Source: Saprospiraceae bacterium (GTDB lineage Bacteria > Bacteroidota > Bacteroidia > Chitinophagales > Saprospiraceae). Taken from it: DNA of 24,582 nt. The position numbers and the translations under genes are program-made. The notes below the pieces were generated by a model. That model worked only from the letters and a program-made list of their open reading frames with translations. It was not told the origin of the DNA and did no database searches. The DNA lies in the NCBI GenBank assembly GCA_044227705.1, contig JBGAWE010000045.1, forward strand, positions 1 through 24,582, written 5' to 3'. Of this stretch, positions 1 through 9,100 are shown piece after piece. Position 1 is the stretch's first letter. Each line of letters begins with the position of its first letter.

Positions 1-594
1 CAGGACGAATTTTGGCGCAGCGAGGCGATGGAAAAACTCCCCGCCCTCAAGCGTTCGACGTCGATGCTCATCTGCGGCGAGGACCTCGGGATGGTGCCCG
101 ACTGCGTGCCGGGCGTGATGCAAGGGCTGGGCATTCTCTCGCTCGAAATCCAGCGGATGCCGAAGGCGGCGGGACAGACTTTTTTCCACCCGAAGGACGC
201 CCCGTACCTCTCCGTCGTCACCCCCTCGACGCACGACATGAGCACCGTGCGCGGCTGGTGGGAGGAGGACAGGGGCCTCTCGCGCCGCTTTTTCCACGAA
301 ATCATGGAGCAACAGGGCGGCGAGCCTTACTACTGCGAGCCGTGGGTCAACCGGGTGATCGTCGCGCAGCACCTGCGCTCGCCCGCCATGTGGGCCATTT
401 TTCAACTGCAAGACTTGATGGGAATCGACGGCGACCTGCGCCGCGAAAAGCCCGACGAGGAGCGCATCAACATCCCCGCCGACCCGCGCCACTACTGGCG
501 CTACCGGATGCACCTGACTTTGGAGGAGCTGATGGGAGAAACGTCTTTCAACTCCGGGCTGCGCGAGATGGTGGAAGAGAGCCGCCGGGCCTGA
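1..594 (+). CDS. malQ: 4-alpha-glucanotransferase (amylomaltase, GH77), C-terminal part; the 5' end lies outside the window
   Basis: Frame 1 is open from base 1 (CAG GAC GAA...) to TGA at 592-594. The translation (..LICGEDLGMVPDCVP.., ..VVTPSTHDMSTVRGWW.., ..WRYRMHLTLEEL..) matches the conserved C-terminal catalytic region of GH77 MalQ/disproportionating enzyme. The track ORF 28..594 is the same frame starting at an internal Met. Confidence 0.8.
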   Translation, partial: QDEFWRSEAMEKLPALKRSTSMLICGEDLGMVPDCVPGVMQGLGILSLEIQRMPKAAGQTFFHPKDAPYLSVVTPSTHDMSTVRGWWEEDRGLSRRFFHEIMEQQGGEPYYCEPWVNRVIVAQHLRSPAMWAIFQLQDLMGIDGDLRREKPDEERINIPADPRHYWRYRMHLTLEELMGETSFNSGLREMVEESRRA

Positions 595-598
595 CCGC

Positions 599-1549
599 TC
601 ACTTTTTGGCAATCGAAAACCGCACCGTCGTCCCGACCCCCGGCTCCGAGTCGAACCATATCTCGCCGCCGTGCTTCTGCACGATTTTGCGGCAGATGGC
701 CAGCCCCATGCCAATGCCCGGCCGGTCGATGTGGACGCGCTGGAAGGGCTTGAAAATCTTCTGGTGGAATTCCTGTTCGATGCCCACGCCGTTGTCGGCG
801 ACCTGAAACTGCCAGTGGCCGTCCGCCTCCTCGTGGCCGATTCGGATGACCGGCACGCTCTCCGAACGGTAGGTGATGGCATTGCCGATGAGGTGCTGGA
901 ATAGTTGCACCATCCCCGACTTCAAGGCGACGACCGATGGCAGCTCTGTGTCCATGAAAAGCTGCGTTCCGCTGGCGGTGGCCTCTGTTTCGAGGTTCTT
1001 CGCGGCGATTTTGACGACCTCGTTCAGGTCGGTCGCCACCCATTTCGCCTCGACGCCGACGCGCGAATACTCCAGCAGGTTGGTGATGACATCGTTCATC
1101 TTCTGCACGCCGCCGACGATGAAGCCGATGAACTCGTCGGCCTCCGCGTCGAGGCGGCCGCCGTACCTTCTTTTCAGCAATTGGGCGTAGCTGGCGATGT
1201 TGCGCAGCGGGCTTTTCAGGTCGTGCGAGGCGATGTAGCTGAACTGTTCCAGCTCGTGGTAACTGTTCTCGAGCGCACTGATATGCGACTCAAGCTGCGC
1301 CGACTTCTCCTCCAACTGCTGCTTCTGGGCCTCGAGGGTGCGGTTGGCCGCCTCGATGTTCTCGAACGAGAGCTTGAGCAGGCGCAGGGCGATTTCCTTG
1401 TCCTTAAGCGTCCGCTCGACCATGAAGTTCTTCTTCAGCAGGTCCTTGTCGGCGGAAGTGACGAGATCGAGCAACGTGTTCTTCTGCCCGATGTCGAGGT
1501 CGAGCGAGGCTATTGAATCGAACAGATTTTTGAGCGTCGGGGACTGCAT
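599..1549 (-). CDS. sensor histidine kinase, cytoplasmic (N-terminal coiled coil, then HisKA and HATPase_c); no transmembrane segment and no receiver domain
   Basis: 316-aa ORF. H-box SYIASHDLKSPLRNIASYAQLL, N-box LIGNAITY, G1 VADNGVGI, G2 GIGMGLAICRKIVQKHGGEIW. The N-terminal 90 aa are heptad-like (LEAQKQQLEEKSAQLESHISALENS). No hydrophobic helix is present. Confidence 0.85.
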   Translation of the reverse strand: MQSPTLKNLFDSIASLDLDIGQKNTLLDLVTSADKDLLKKNFMVERTLKDKEIALRLLKLSFENIEAANRTLEAQKQQLEEKSAQLESHISALENSYHELEQFSYIASHDLKSPLRNIASYAQLLKRRYGGRLDAEADEFIGFIVGGVQKMNDVITNLLEYSRVGVEAKWVATDLNEVVKIAAKNLETEATASGTQLFMDTELPSVVALKSGMVQLFQHLIGNAITYRSESVPVIRIGHEEADGHWQFQVADNGVGIEQEFHQKIFKPFQRVHIDRPGIGMGLAICRKIVQKHGGEIWFDSEPGVGTTVRFSIAKK

Positions 1550-1553
1550 TGGT

Positions 1554-1590
1554 TCAAAAAATAGGGGGCCGCGACTGGTTGCGCGGCCCC
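1554..1590 (-). terminator. rho-independent terminator downstream of the FIST-domain gene
   Basis: On the plus strand, aaaaaata + GGGGGCCGCG-actggttg-CGCGGCCCC. On the minus strand this is a 9-10 bp GC stem followed by TATTTTTT. It sits in the 74-nt gap between the FIST stop (1624) and the HK start (1549). Confidence 0.5.
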
Positions 1591-1623
1591 TTTCAAAAGC
1601 AATGTTCTATGGGAAAGGGAGCC

Positions 1624-2802
1624 TCAATTCGCCCGTTCCTTGAGCAAAACCAGCGAGCAGGTCTCGTTGTGGAACTCGCAAACGCCGCCGTCGGGCGTGC
1701 CGATTTCGCCGTAGGTCAGGAAGCCCGCCATCGGCGCGCGCCAGTGGTTGAAAACGCCCTCGACCTCCTCCTCGAGCAGCGGGCCGAGCGCGAAGTGGCG
1801 GCCCTTGCACGAAAAAAGGACCACCGCATCGGGGTTCTGCACCTCGCGGGCGAGGCCGCTGAACTCGTTGATGGTCTTGTCGATGACGTCGAAGCCGGGC
1901 GAGATGCTGAACCGGAACCGCTCGCCCTCGCGCACCGCGCCGCCGAGGATGAGCGCCTTCTCGTCGGTGTTGACGAACAGCGGCGTGCGTAGGACGGTGA
2001 CGCCGTTGTCGCGCTCCATCTGCAACGGGTATTGGGCCGAGACGGAGGCGAAGTCGTTGTTCGGGTCGGGCGAGTTCGAGAAGAAGCCGAAGTATTTGAG
2101 GAAGACGTCGAGGGCCGGTTCCCCATTGATTTCATAGACGACATTTCCGTCGGCGCGGGTGATGGTGTTCTGGTCGCCGATGGCCTCCCAGCCGCTAGTG
2201 GCGAGGCCGCGCACCTCGACGCGGTCGTTGTCGAGGATTAGGCAGGCGATGCCGTTGTCGGTCATCACATCGTTGGAGAAGGCCCACGTTGCTTCGAGCT
2301 TCATGTTGTCGCCCGCTTGCCCGCCGAACAGGGGGATTTCGCGACCCACGCCGTCGCGCATCCCATAAACGAGCTGCTCCGCGTCGATGCTCACGCCGCC
2401 CGAGAGGAGGATGGCGGCCGGGTTCGAGAAGGCGCTGTCCGCAATCTGCCCCGCCTCAAAGCACGACGAATAGAGGCTCTTGTCGAGCGTTGAGGAGGCG
2501 TGGATGCGGTAAAAGGCGCGGTCGAGGTCGAAAAAGAGGCCGACTACGGCGTTCTCGTAGCAGCTCGCATTGGAGATTTCACCGCTCGTGCTGCAGCCGA
2601 TGATGTCGATTTGGTGGCGCTTGAAAAGGAGGATGATGTTCTCCAGCCCGATGTCTATGGCCGTGAATATGAGGGCAAGCGTCGGCTTGTAGCCGTCGGA
2701 TTGGGCGGCGGCGATTTGCCCTTCGAGCTGTTCGAGGTTTTTGGCGTAGAAAGACTTCGCTTGCATCAGGGATAATTGTTTGCTGTGAAATTGACGCAGC
2801 AA
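1624..2802 (-). CDS. FIST-domain sensory protein (FIST_N + FIST_C)
   Basis: 392-aa ORF (TTG at 2802; the first ATG is at 2766, MQAKSF..). The C-terminal end ..MAGFLTYGEIGTPDGGVCEFHNETCSLVLL matches the FIST_C terminal signature. Length and Gly-rich N-terminal half are consistent with FIST_N, and it sits directly upstream of a sensorless histidine kinase, as FIST genes typically do. Confidence 0.7.
   Translation of the reverse strand: MLRQFHSKQLSLMQAKSFYAKNLEQLEGQIAAAQSDGYKPTLALIFTAIDIGLENIILLFKRHQIDIIGCSTSGEISNASCYENAVVGLFFDLDRAFYRIHASSTLDKSLYSSCFEAGQIADSAFSNPAAILLSGGVSIDAEQLVYGMRDGVGREIPLFGGQAGDNMKLEATWAFSNDVMTDNGIACLILDNDRVEVRGLATSGWEAIGDQNTITRADGNVVYEINGEPALDVFLKYFGFFSNSPDPNNDFASVSAQYPLQMERDNGVTVLRTPLFVNTDEKALILGGAVREGERFRFSISPGFDVIDKTINEFSGLAREVQNPDAVVLFSCKGRHFALGPLLEEEVEGVFNHWRAPMAGFLTYGEIGTPDGGVCEFHNETCSLVLLKERAN
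2780..2802. promoter_or_regulatory. perfect 6-bp inverted repeat TTGCTG-N11-CAGCAA at the 5' end of the FIST gene (candidate operator)
   Basis: ttgctgtgaaattgacgcagcaa is read directly from the sequence. It overlaps the TTG at 2800-2802, which argues that the real start is the downstream ATG at 2766. Confidence 0.25.
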
Positions 2803-2881
2803 ATCAACCCGAGCCTCCGGCCGGGCTTCCCCGGGAAACAGACAAAGCGTGACCCCGCGATTTTTGTCAAAGGCTGAAAAT

Positions 2882-3475
2882 TCAGGATTTGTTGCCCCAC
2901 GGCTTGTACATCGGAGCGGGCGGCGGTGGGTAGTTTTTCGGCATCACCCGATAGGGTTCGCAGGCCCGGAGGCCGTCGTGGCATTGGGCCGGGAGGCTTT
3001 GATAAAGGCGAGTCCCGTCCTTTTTCCATTCGAGCATTTCATCGGAAACCGCCCTGACGACGCGCCCCGGATTGCCGACGACGAGCGAGCGGGGCGGTAT
3101 TTTTTCCCCGTTTTTCAAAAAGGAGAGCGCGCCGACGATGCAGCCGTCGCCCAACTCGACGTCGTCCATCAAAACCGAGTTCATCCCGACGAGGCAGTCC
3201 CGCCCGACCGTCGCCCCGTGAATCACCGCGCCGTGCCCGATGTGCGCCCCCGTTTTCAAAACCACCGTGACACCGGGGAACATGTGGACGGTGCAGTTCT
3301 CTTGCACGTTGCAGCCGTCCTCTATGACGACGCGGCCCCAGTCGCCGCGCACGACGGCGGAGGCGCCGATGAACACATCTTTTCCGATGAAAACCTGCCC
3401 GATGACCGCCGCCAGCGGGTGCACGAACGCCGACTCATTGATGACAGGGCGGCAGCCGTTGAACTCGTAGACCAT
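2882..3475 (-). CDS. gamma-class carbonic anhydrase family / hexapeptide-repeat (left-handed beta-helix) protein, PaaY/YrdA/CaiE-like
   Basis: 197-aa ORF with a true ATG. Repeated [LIV]G-x-x-x-x-[LIV] hexapeptides (VIGQVFIGKDVFIGASAVVRGD.., VGRDCLVGMNSVLMDDVELGDGCIVGA) and metal-ligand His residues (HIGHGAVIHGATVG) are typical of this family. The C-terminal tail is Pro-rich. Confidence 0.8.
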   Translation of the reverse strand: MVYEFNGCRPVINESAFVHPLAAVIGQVFIGKDVFIGASAVVRGDWGRVVIEDGCNVQENCTVHMFPGVTVVLKTGAHIGHGAVIHGATVGRDCLVGMNSVLMDDVELGDGCIVGALSFLKNGEKIPPRSLVVGNPGRVVRAVSDEMLEWKKDGTRLYQSLPAQCHDGLRACEPYRVMPKNYPPPPAPMYKPWGNKS

Positions 3476-3538
3476 TTTATGAATGGTTGATGGTGAACGG
3501 TGAATGGGGAGCTCAGCGGTGGCGAAAAAGCGGGCCGC

Positions 3539-3976
3539 TCACTCCATCGGGGTGCCGACGGGGATGCTGTCGCGCAAGTCCTGCCTGCCGAATTCGAGGT
3601 GGAAAAACGTCTTGCGCAGCTCGAAGTCCAGCACGAGGAGGCTGTCGGTAAGCATCGTGATGGTCAGGTCGAGGCCCTCGACACCCTCGGGTTTTTGGGT
3701 CAAAACGTCGTTTTTAATGGAAAAATCCATCGGCACCTCCGTAAAGTTGGGGTCGGGCAGGGGCAGGTTGGACTTCATCCTTTTCCCCTGAAAGAAGAGG
3801 TAGGCCCCATCGAACGCGGGCGACTCGACTCCGTCGCGGGTGCCCGACTGGATGAACCAGCGGCCCTCGAGGAGCTTCGGGTTGATCCTCGGCTCGTCGC
3901 CACAGGCGGCGACTGCAAGCAGTAAAATTGCCGGGAGCAGTGCAGTTTTTCTCAAAGACATGGCCGGGTTCGACAT
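3539..3976 (-). CDS. small lipoprotein of unknown function (signal peptide plus lipobox)
   Basis: The ATG at 3976 abuts the cas6 stop (TAG|ATG on the minus strand); there is an alternative ATG at 3961. MSLRKTALLPAILLLAVAAC has a positive n-region, hydrophobic core and lipobox V-A-A-C. The rest is hydrophilic (..LLEGRWFIQSGTRDG.. is lipocalin-like). No recognised family. Confidence 0.5.
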   Translation of the reverse strand: MSNPAMSLRKTALLPAILLLAVAACGDEPRINPKLLEGRWFIQSGTRDGVESPAFDGAYLFFQGKRMKSNLPLPDPNFTEVPMDFSIKNDVLTQKPEGVEGLDLTITMLTDSLLVLDFELRKTFFHLEFGRQDLRDSIPVGTPME

Positions 3977-4849
3977 CTATGTCGCCGGGTGCGGCGGCGT
4001 CTGGTGGCCTCGCTCGCCGCTGGGGGTGACGGGGCCGATGGGCTTCTTGACCTTCGCCTCGGGAAGCTCGACGAAGCCGAAGCCGAGGTGGCCGTGCTCG
4101 CCGAAGCCGCTGTGATAGGCGAAGTCCATGAGGAGGGGCGGCATGGAGACCTCGAATTCATAGACGAAGCCGCGCACCTGCGTCAGCCCCTCGGCGTTCG
4201 GCTTGAGGTGGATGAGGCGGCTCTTGGGCTGCGCCCGTAGTTGGAAAGACATCGGGAAAGAGGCGTCGAGCAGCCCCTCGGCATTGAGCGCGCGGTTGCG
4301 GTGGGCGGATTTGTACTTGCGGATGAGGTGGGTGAAAAAGGCCACGTCGTACTGCTCCGCGTCGGGCAGCGGGTAGGGGGTGCCGCTGGGCGCGTCCTCC
4401 ACGTCGCTGATGGAGATGGGCGAGGCGACACGGAAGGTCATCGTGTCCTTCATGTTGACCTTCGGCATGACCTGCCAGTGCTTCACCTCAAAATAGGCCG
4501 GGCGGCCCTCGAAAGTGCCGAGCTGGAGCGGGTATTGGCGGAAAAGGTGGACAAGTTGCTGCTCGAACTGCTGCCCGAGCCAGAAGCTCAAAGTGAGCTT
4601 GACCTGGTTGCCGAGCAGCCGGAACTCCTGCTTGGCCTGGTCCATTTCATATGGGTATATGGCAAGCGGCGAGAAGGTGAAGAGCTTGAAATCCTTTGCT
4701 GCGAGGTCGAAGCCGAGCTGCTGCACGTGGGCCGCCAATTCCGCCCCGCCTTTTGCGAGGACGCCGAAGACCCAACTCGACAGTTCACTTTGGTAGTTGA
4801 TGGGGATGATGGTCCCTCTTTGACAGGTTAGGCTGAATTGGATGCGCAT
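3977..4849 (-). CDS. cas6: CRISPR-associated endoribonuclease Cas6 family protein (orphan: no array or other cas genes in the window)
   Basis: 290-aa ORF with a true ATG (4849). The N-terminal ..TIIPINYQSELSSWVFGVLAKGGAELAAHVQQL..KDFKLFTFSPL aligns with the Cas6 N-terminal ferredoxin-fold signature (P. furiosus Cas6 FKVPYNHQYYLQGLIYNAI..ELATYLHEV..KLFTYSLF). The C-terminal ..LLMDFAYHSGFGEHGHLGFGFVEL is the Cas6 glycine-rich loop GhGxxxxxGhG (PfCas6 [23 protein letters not shown]). The internal ..MTFRVASPISI.. resembles the second RRM ('vtF.SPt'). Confidence 0.65.
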   Translation of the reverse strand: MRIQFSLTCQRGTIIPINYQSELSSWVFGVLAKGGAELAAHVQQLGFDLAAKDFKLFTFSPLAIYPYEMDQAKQEFRLLGNQVKLTLSFWLGQQFEQQLVHLFRQYPLQLGTFEGRPAYFEVKHWQVMPKVNMKDTMTFRVASPISISDVEDAPSGTPYPLPDAEQYDVAFFTHLIRKYKSAHRNRALNAEGLLDASFPMSFQLRAQPKSRLIHLKPNAEGLTQVRGFVYEFEVSMPPLLMDFAYHSGFGEHGHLGFGFVELPEAKVKKPIGPVTPSGERGHQTPPHPAT

Positions 4850-5263
4850 AGTGGCTGACAGCGATTAAAAACAGATTATGTGTCTAAAACAGAACGGTTC
4901 AATTTGGGCGAAAAATAGAAAGGCCGGCCGTCCCATCAAACAATTTGCGTGTTTCTCCTGAAAAACGTGCCGAAAAAGGCGCGATTTGGTCGCCCGTTGT
5001 TCGGTGTATCGCGGATTTGGTGGCGGCTGGTCGGCATTTGGCCCCTGTCGGCGGAGACCGGACCCAATTTTACGACCGGGATTGCCCCCGCGTTTGGAAT
5101 CCCTTTTTATCTATGCCGGAGATTTCCGCTCGATTGTTCTGCGGAGGCCCGCGACGGGCAACTTCCCCGAAAAATTTTCCGAAAAAACAGGCAGCCCATG
5201 CGCCCGGCAAAGGCTCTTCCGGGACGGCCTCAATCCTTTTTTCCACCCACCAACTTGTCGTAC

Positions 5264-6070
5264 ATGCGCAAATTCTACGTTCCAATTTTCCTGACGACCG
5301 CCTTTCTTCTCGGGGCAAGACTGACCGGCCAGACCCTCGAACCCGCCTCGTCGCCCATCTCGGGCAAGCCCATCTACCTCGACGGCAAACAGCAGCGGCA
5401 CCAAATCTCGCCGACGGACTTCACGCAGACTTTCTATCTCGAAAAGCTCTTGCCGGGCGAGAGCTATGAGCTGGTATTCGGCGATGAGGACGGGTTGAAA
5501 GGCTGCGTCCCGAAAGTCTCCGCGCCCGACGGCGATGCCAAGCTTGCGCCGACTACCGACGGGAAAACGGTCTACTTCGTCCCAAAATCGGCCAAAATCA
5601 GGCTCAACCTGACCTATTGCGCCGACCAGGAGCTGCCGAAGGAGCACTGGTTGAGCCTCGTCCTGATGACCGGCACGAAGTCGAACATCAAGGACTTGCT
5701 CGCAACGCTGCAGGTCGAGGGCGGCTACACGGCCGAGGACCTTGTCCGCGAGGTCATCATCGGGGGCGACTGTTTCGACATATCGAACGTCACCTATCAG
5801 GGGTCGCCCGTGCAAATCGGGAAGTTCTCGCAGGGCATCACTAACGTGGGCCTCATCGAGGGCGCCATCCTCGCCACCGGCCCCATCGACGTGGCCGTTG
5901 GGCCAAACGACCAGAACGGCGCAGGATCGGCCGTCGGCGGGGCGGGCAACGACGCCGACCTCGCCCAACTGGCGGGCGGCGGCTCCATCTTCGACCTGTG
6001 CGACATCGAGTTCGACTTCCGGCCCACCGAGTCGCCACTGTCTTTAAATTCCGTCTTTGCGTCAGAGTAA
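5264..6070 (+). CDS. N-terminal segment of a giant T9SS adhesin (signal peptide plus conserved N-terminal domain), ended by an in-frame TAA; the same frame continues into 6071..12043
   Basis: ATG at 5264 gives MRKFYVPIFLTTAFLLGARLTGQ, a signal peptide. The track ORF 4949.. starts at an upstream GTG. The domain ends ..DIEFDFRPTESPLSLNSVFASE then TAA at 6068-6070. The following codons in the same frame read YCEYVNSTFNDRFGFFISGPG.., so a conserved ..FASEEY.EYV.S.FND.FGFF.. block is split. Confidence 0.65.
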   Translation: MRKFYVPIFLTTAFLLGARLTGQTLEPASSPISGKPIYLDGKQQRHQISPTDFTQTFYLEKLLPGESYELVFGDEDGLKGCVPKVSAPDGDAKLAPTTDGKTVYFVPKSAKIRLNLTYCADQELPKEHWLSLVLMTGTKSNIKDLLATLQVEGGYTAEDLVREVIIGGDCFDISNVTYQGSPVQIGKFSQGITNVGLIEGAILATGPIDVAVGPNDQNGAGSAVGGAGNDADLAQLAGGGSIFDLCDIEFDFRPTESPLSLNSVFASE

Positions 6071-6196
6071 TACTGCGAGTACGTCAACTCGACCTTCAAC
6101 GACCGCTTCGGCTTCTTCATCAGCGGCCCCGGCATCGGCGGGCCGTTCAGCGGCGGCGCGGCCAACCTCGCCGTCCTGCCCGGCGGCGGCACCTAT

Positions 6197-9100
6197 GTGG
6201 GCATCAACACCGTCAACCATCTATTGAACACGGGCTATTTCCGCAACAACCAGCCCGCCACCGCCAACAACTGCACCCCGCTGCCGGCAGCCGGGGCATC
6301 TGCCAACGAGCTTCAGTTCGACGGGCTGACCACCGTTTTGACGGCCGTGGCGACCGTCATCCCCTGCTCGACGTACCATATCAAACTGAAGATCGGGGAC
6401 GTGGGCGACGGTGTATTCGATTCGGCCGTCTTTCTGAAGGCCGGCTCGTTCGACGGCGGCGGCAACGCCTCGCTCTCGCTCGAGGTGGCCGGCAACCCCG
6501 ACGACGACACCGCCACCGAAGGCTGCGAGAACGCCAAGTTCATTTTCACCCGCTCCGGCACCTCCCTCAACCTGCCGGTCGTGGTCAACTACACCATCAG
6601 CGGCACCGCCACCTCGGGTGCCGACTATGCGCCCATTCCTGGCTCCATTCTCATCCCGGCGGGGCAGACGATGGCGATGATCCCCGTCAACGTCATCAAC
6701 GACGGCATCGCCGAGAGCGTCGAGAACCTGCGCATCAAGCTGCTCCACCCGTGCTCATGCTCCGAGCCGTACATCGACCTGTTCATCGAGGACTACAACC
6801 CGATGATACTCATGTCGGACACCGTCCAGCAATGCGGCCCCGGCGTGGTCAACATCGAGCCGACGGTCACTTACGGCGTCGAGCCGTATACCTACAATTG
6901 GAACACGGGCCAGAACACGCCGAACATCTCGCCCTTTGTCAATGTCTCGCAGAACTACACACTGACTGTCACCGACTTCTGCGGGAAGACAAAGTCCATC
7001 AAGACCTACGTCAACGTCTACCCGCCTCCGAAAGCGACTGGCGGCGGGCAGGCCTTTCTCTGCAACGGAACCGGAACGGCCAACCTGACCATCAACTTCT
7101 CCGGCGGCGGCCCGTGGACGTTCACCTACAGCTACAACGGGGTCATTGAGGACCCGATCGGGCCGATCTACACGTCGCCGTACATCCTGACCGTAGACCA
7201 ACCGGGCATTTATGCGCTCGTCGACTGCACCAATGAGGAGGGCTGCGACGGGGCGGCCGTCGGGGTCTTCACCGTGCTATCCGTCGATATGAGCATCACG
7301 GGCATCGTCACCGATGTACTCTGCGGAAGCTCCACCAACGGCTCCATCAACACGACCGTGACTGGCGGCTCGCCTGCCTATACCTACAAATGGACGCCGG
7401 TCTTGGGCAACATCGCTGACCCCGTCAACCTTGGGGCAGGAACCTACACCGTTACCGTCACCGACAGCCACCAATGCACGGCGACGAACTCTTTCACCAT
7501 AAAACCGGGGACAATCCTGACGGCCACGCCGTCGAACATCGTGACTGCCGATTGCGCCCACCCGACGGGCGGCGGTGCGACTGCGAACGTGACGGGCGGA
7601 CAGCCGGGCTACACTTATTTATGGTCAAATGGCGCGTCGTCGAACCCGCTCGTCAACGTCGGGCCGGGCAACGTGACCGTCACCATTACCGACGCGCAGG
7701 GCTGCACGGTGGCCATGACCGTCGCGATTCCGGGCGATTTCGCGCCGCCGACGGCTAATGCCGCGGCGAACGGGCAAATCACCTGTCAAAACCAGAACGT
7801 CCCGATGAGCGGCGCGGGCAGCTCGAGCGGGCCGAACATCTCCTATCAATGGACGACCGTCGGCGGCGCGTTCAGCGGGCCGACCGATTTGCTCAACGCG
7901 ATTGCCGTCGCGCCGGGCCAGTATTCCATCGTTGTTACGGACAGCAACAACGGTTGCACGGCCACAAAATCGGTCGACATCACGGCCAGTGCCGACATCC
8001 CGGCGGCCAACGCCTCGGCGCCCGACCCGCTCACCTGCACCGTATCGACGGTCGGCCTCTCGGGCGCGGGGACGGCGACCGGCCCCGGCATCACCTATCA
8101 GTGGAGCGGCCCCGGCCTGGCGGGCGACCCGAACTCGCTCAACCCGTCGGCCACCGCGCCCGGCACCTACACGCTCGTCGTAAGCGATGCGAACTCGGGC
8201 TGCACGAACACCTCGCAGGCCGTCGTCGACCTCGACAACACTTTGCCACAGGCGGTCATCGCGCAGCCGGGTATCCTCAACTGCACGAGCGCTTCCGTCA
8301 TTTTGAACGCCATCGGAACTTCGACCGGCCCGAATTTCACCTATCAATGGACGGGCGCAGGCCTCCAATCCGGCCAGACGACCCTCCAGCCGACCGTGAC
8401 GGCCGCGGGGACTTTCACCATCCTCGTGACGAACACAACGAACGGCTGCACGACAACCACCTCGACGACGGTCGGCGCGGACAACTCATTGCCGACAGCC
8501 GTCATCGCGCAGCCGACGACATTGACCTGCACGACGCAGCAGTTCTCGCTTGATGCGAGCGGCTCCTCTTTCGGTGGAAATTTCGACATCAACTGGACGA
8601 CAGTGGGCGGCAACTACCTCCTCGGCACCAACGGCCTCAACCCGACCATCAACGCACCGGGCCAATATGTTTTGACCATCACGAACCTTTCGAGCCAATG
8701 CACGGCGACTGCGAACGTGACCGTCGGGCAGAACATCGCCACGCCGGTGGCCGATGCCGGGCAGCCGCAGGAGCTGACCTGCGCCCTTCTCTCAGCCCAG
8801 ATCGGGACGGCGAGCAGCCCCAATTTGACTTATAACTGGAGCGGCGCGGGCCTTTCGAGCAACACGGTTTCCAACCCGACGGCCAGCCAGCAAGGCACCT
8901 ATTATTTGACGGTTACCGACACGGCCAATGGCTGCACTGCCGATGCCTCTGTCGTGATTTCTGAAAACAATACGGCTCCTCAAATCACCGTCGCGCCCGG
9001 TGGACAGCTGACATGCCAAGTGACTTCGATGGATTTGAGCGCCGCAGGAAGCTCGGCCGGACCGAACTTCCTCTATCAATGGACAGCCTCCAACGGCGGC

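Noticed and set aside
12-1043. ORFs 12..806 (+), 501..1043 (-), 671..904 (+), 905..1516 (+)
   Set aside because: They overlap malQ and the histidine kinase in alternative frames. Both real genes have clear family motifs; these do not.
5998-7149. 383-aa plus-strand ORF (MRHRVRLPAHR..)
   Set aside because: It is out of frame with the real adhesin frame (frame 2), and its translation is His/Arg/Gln-rich nonsense. It spans the in-frame TAA only because it is in another frame.
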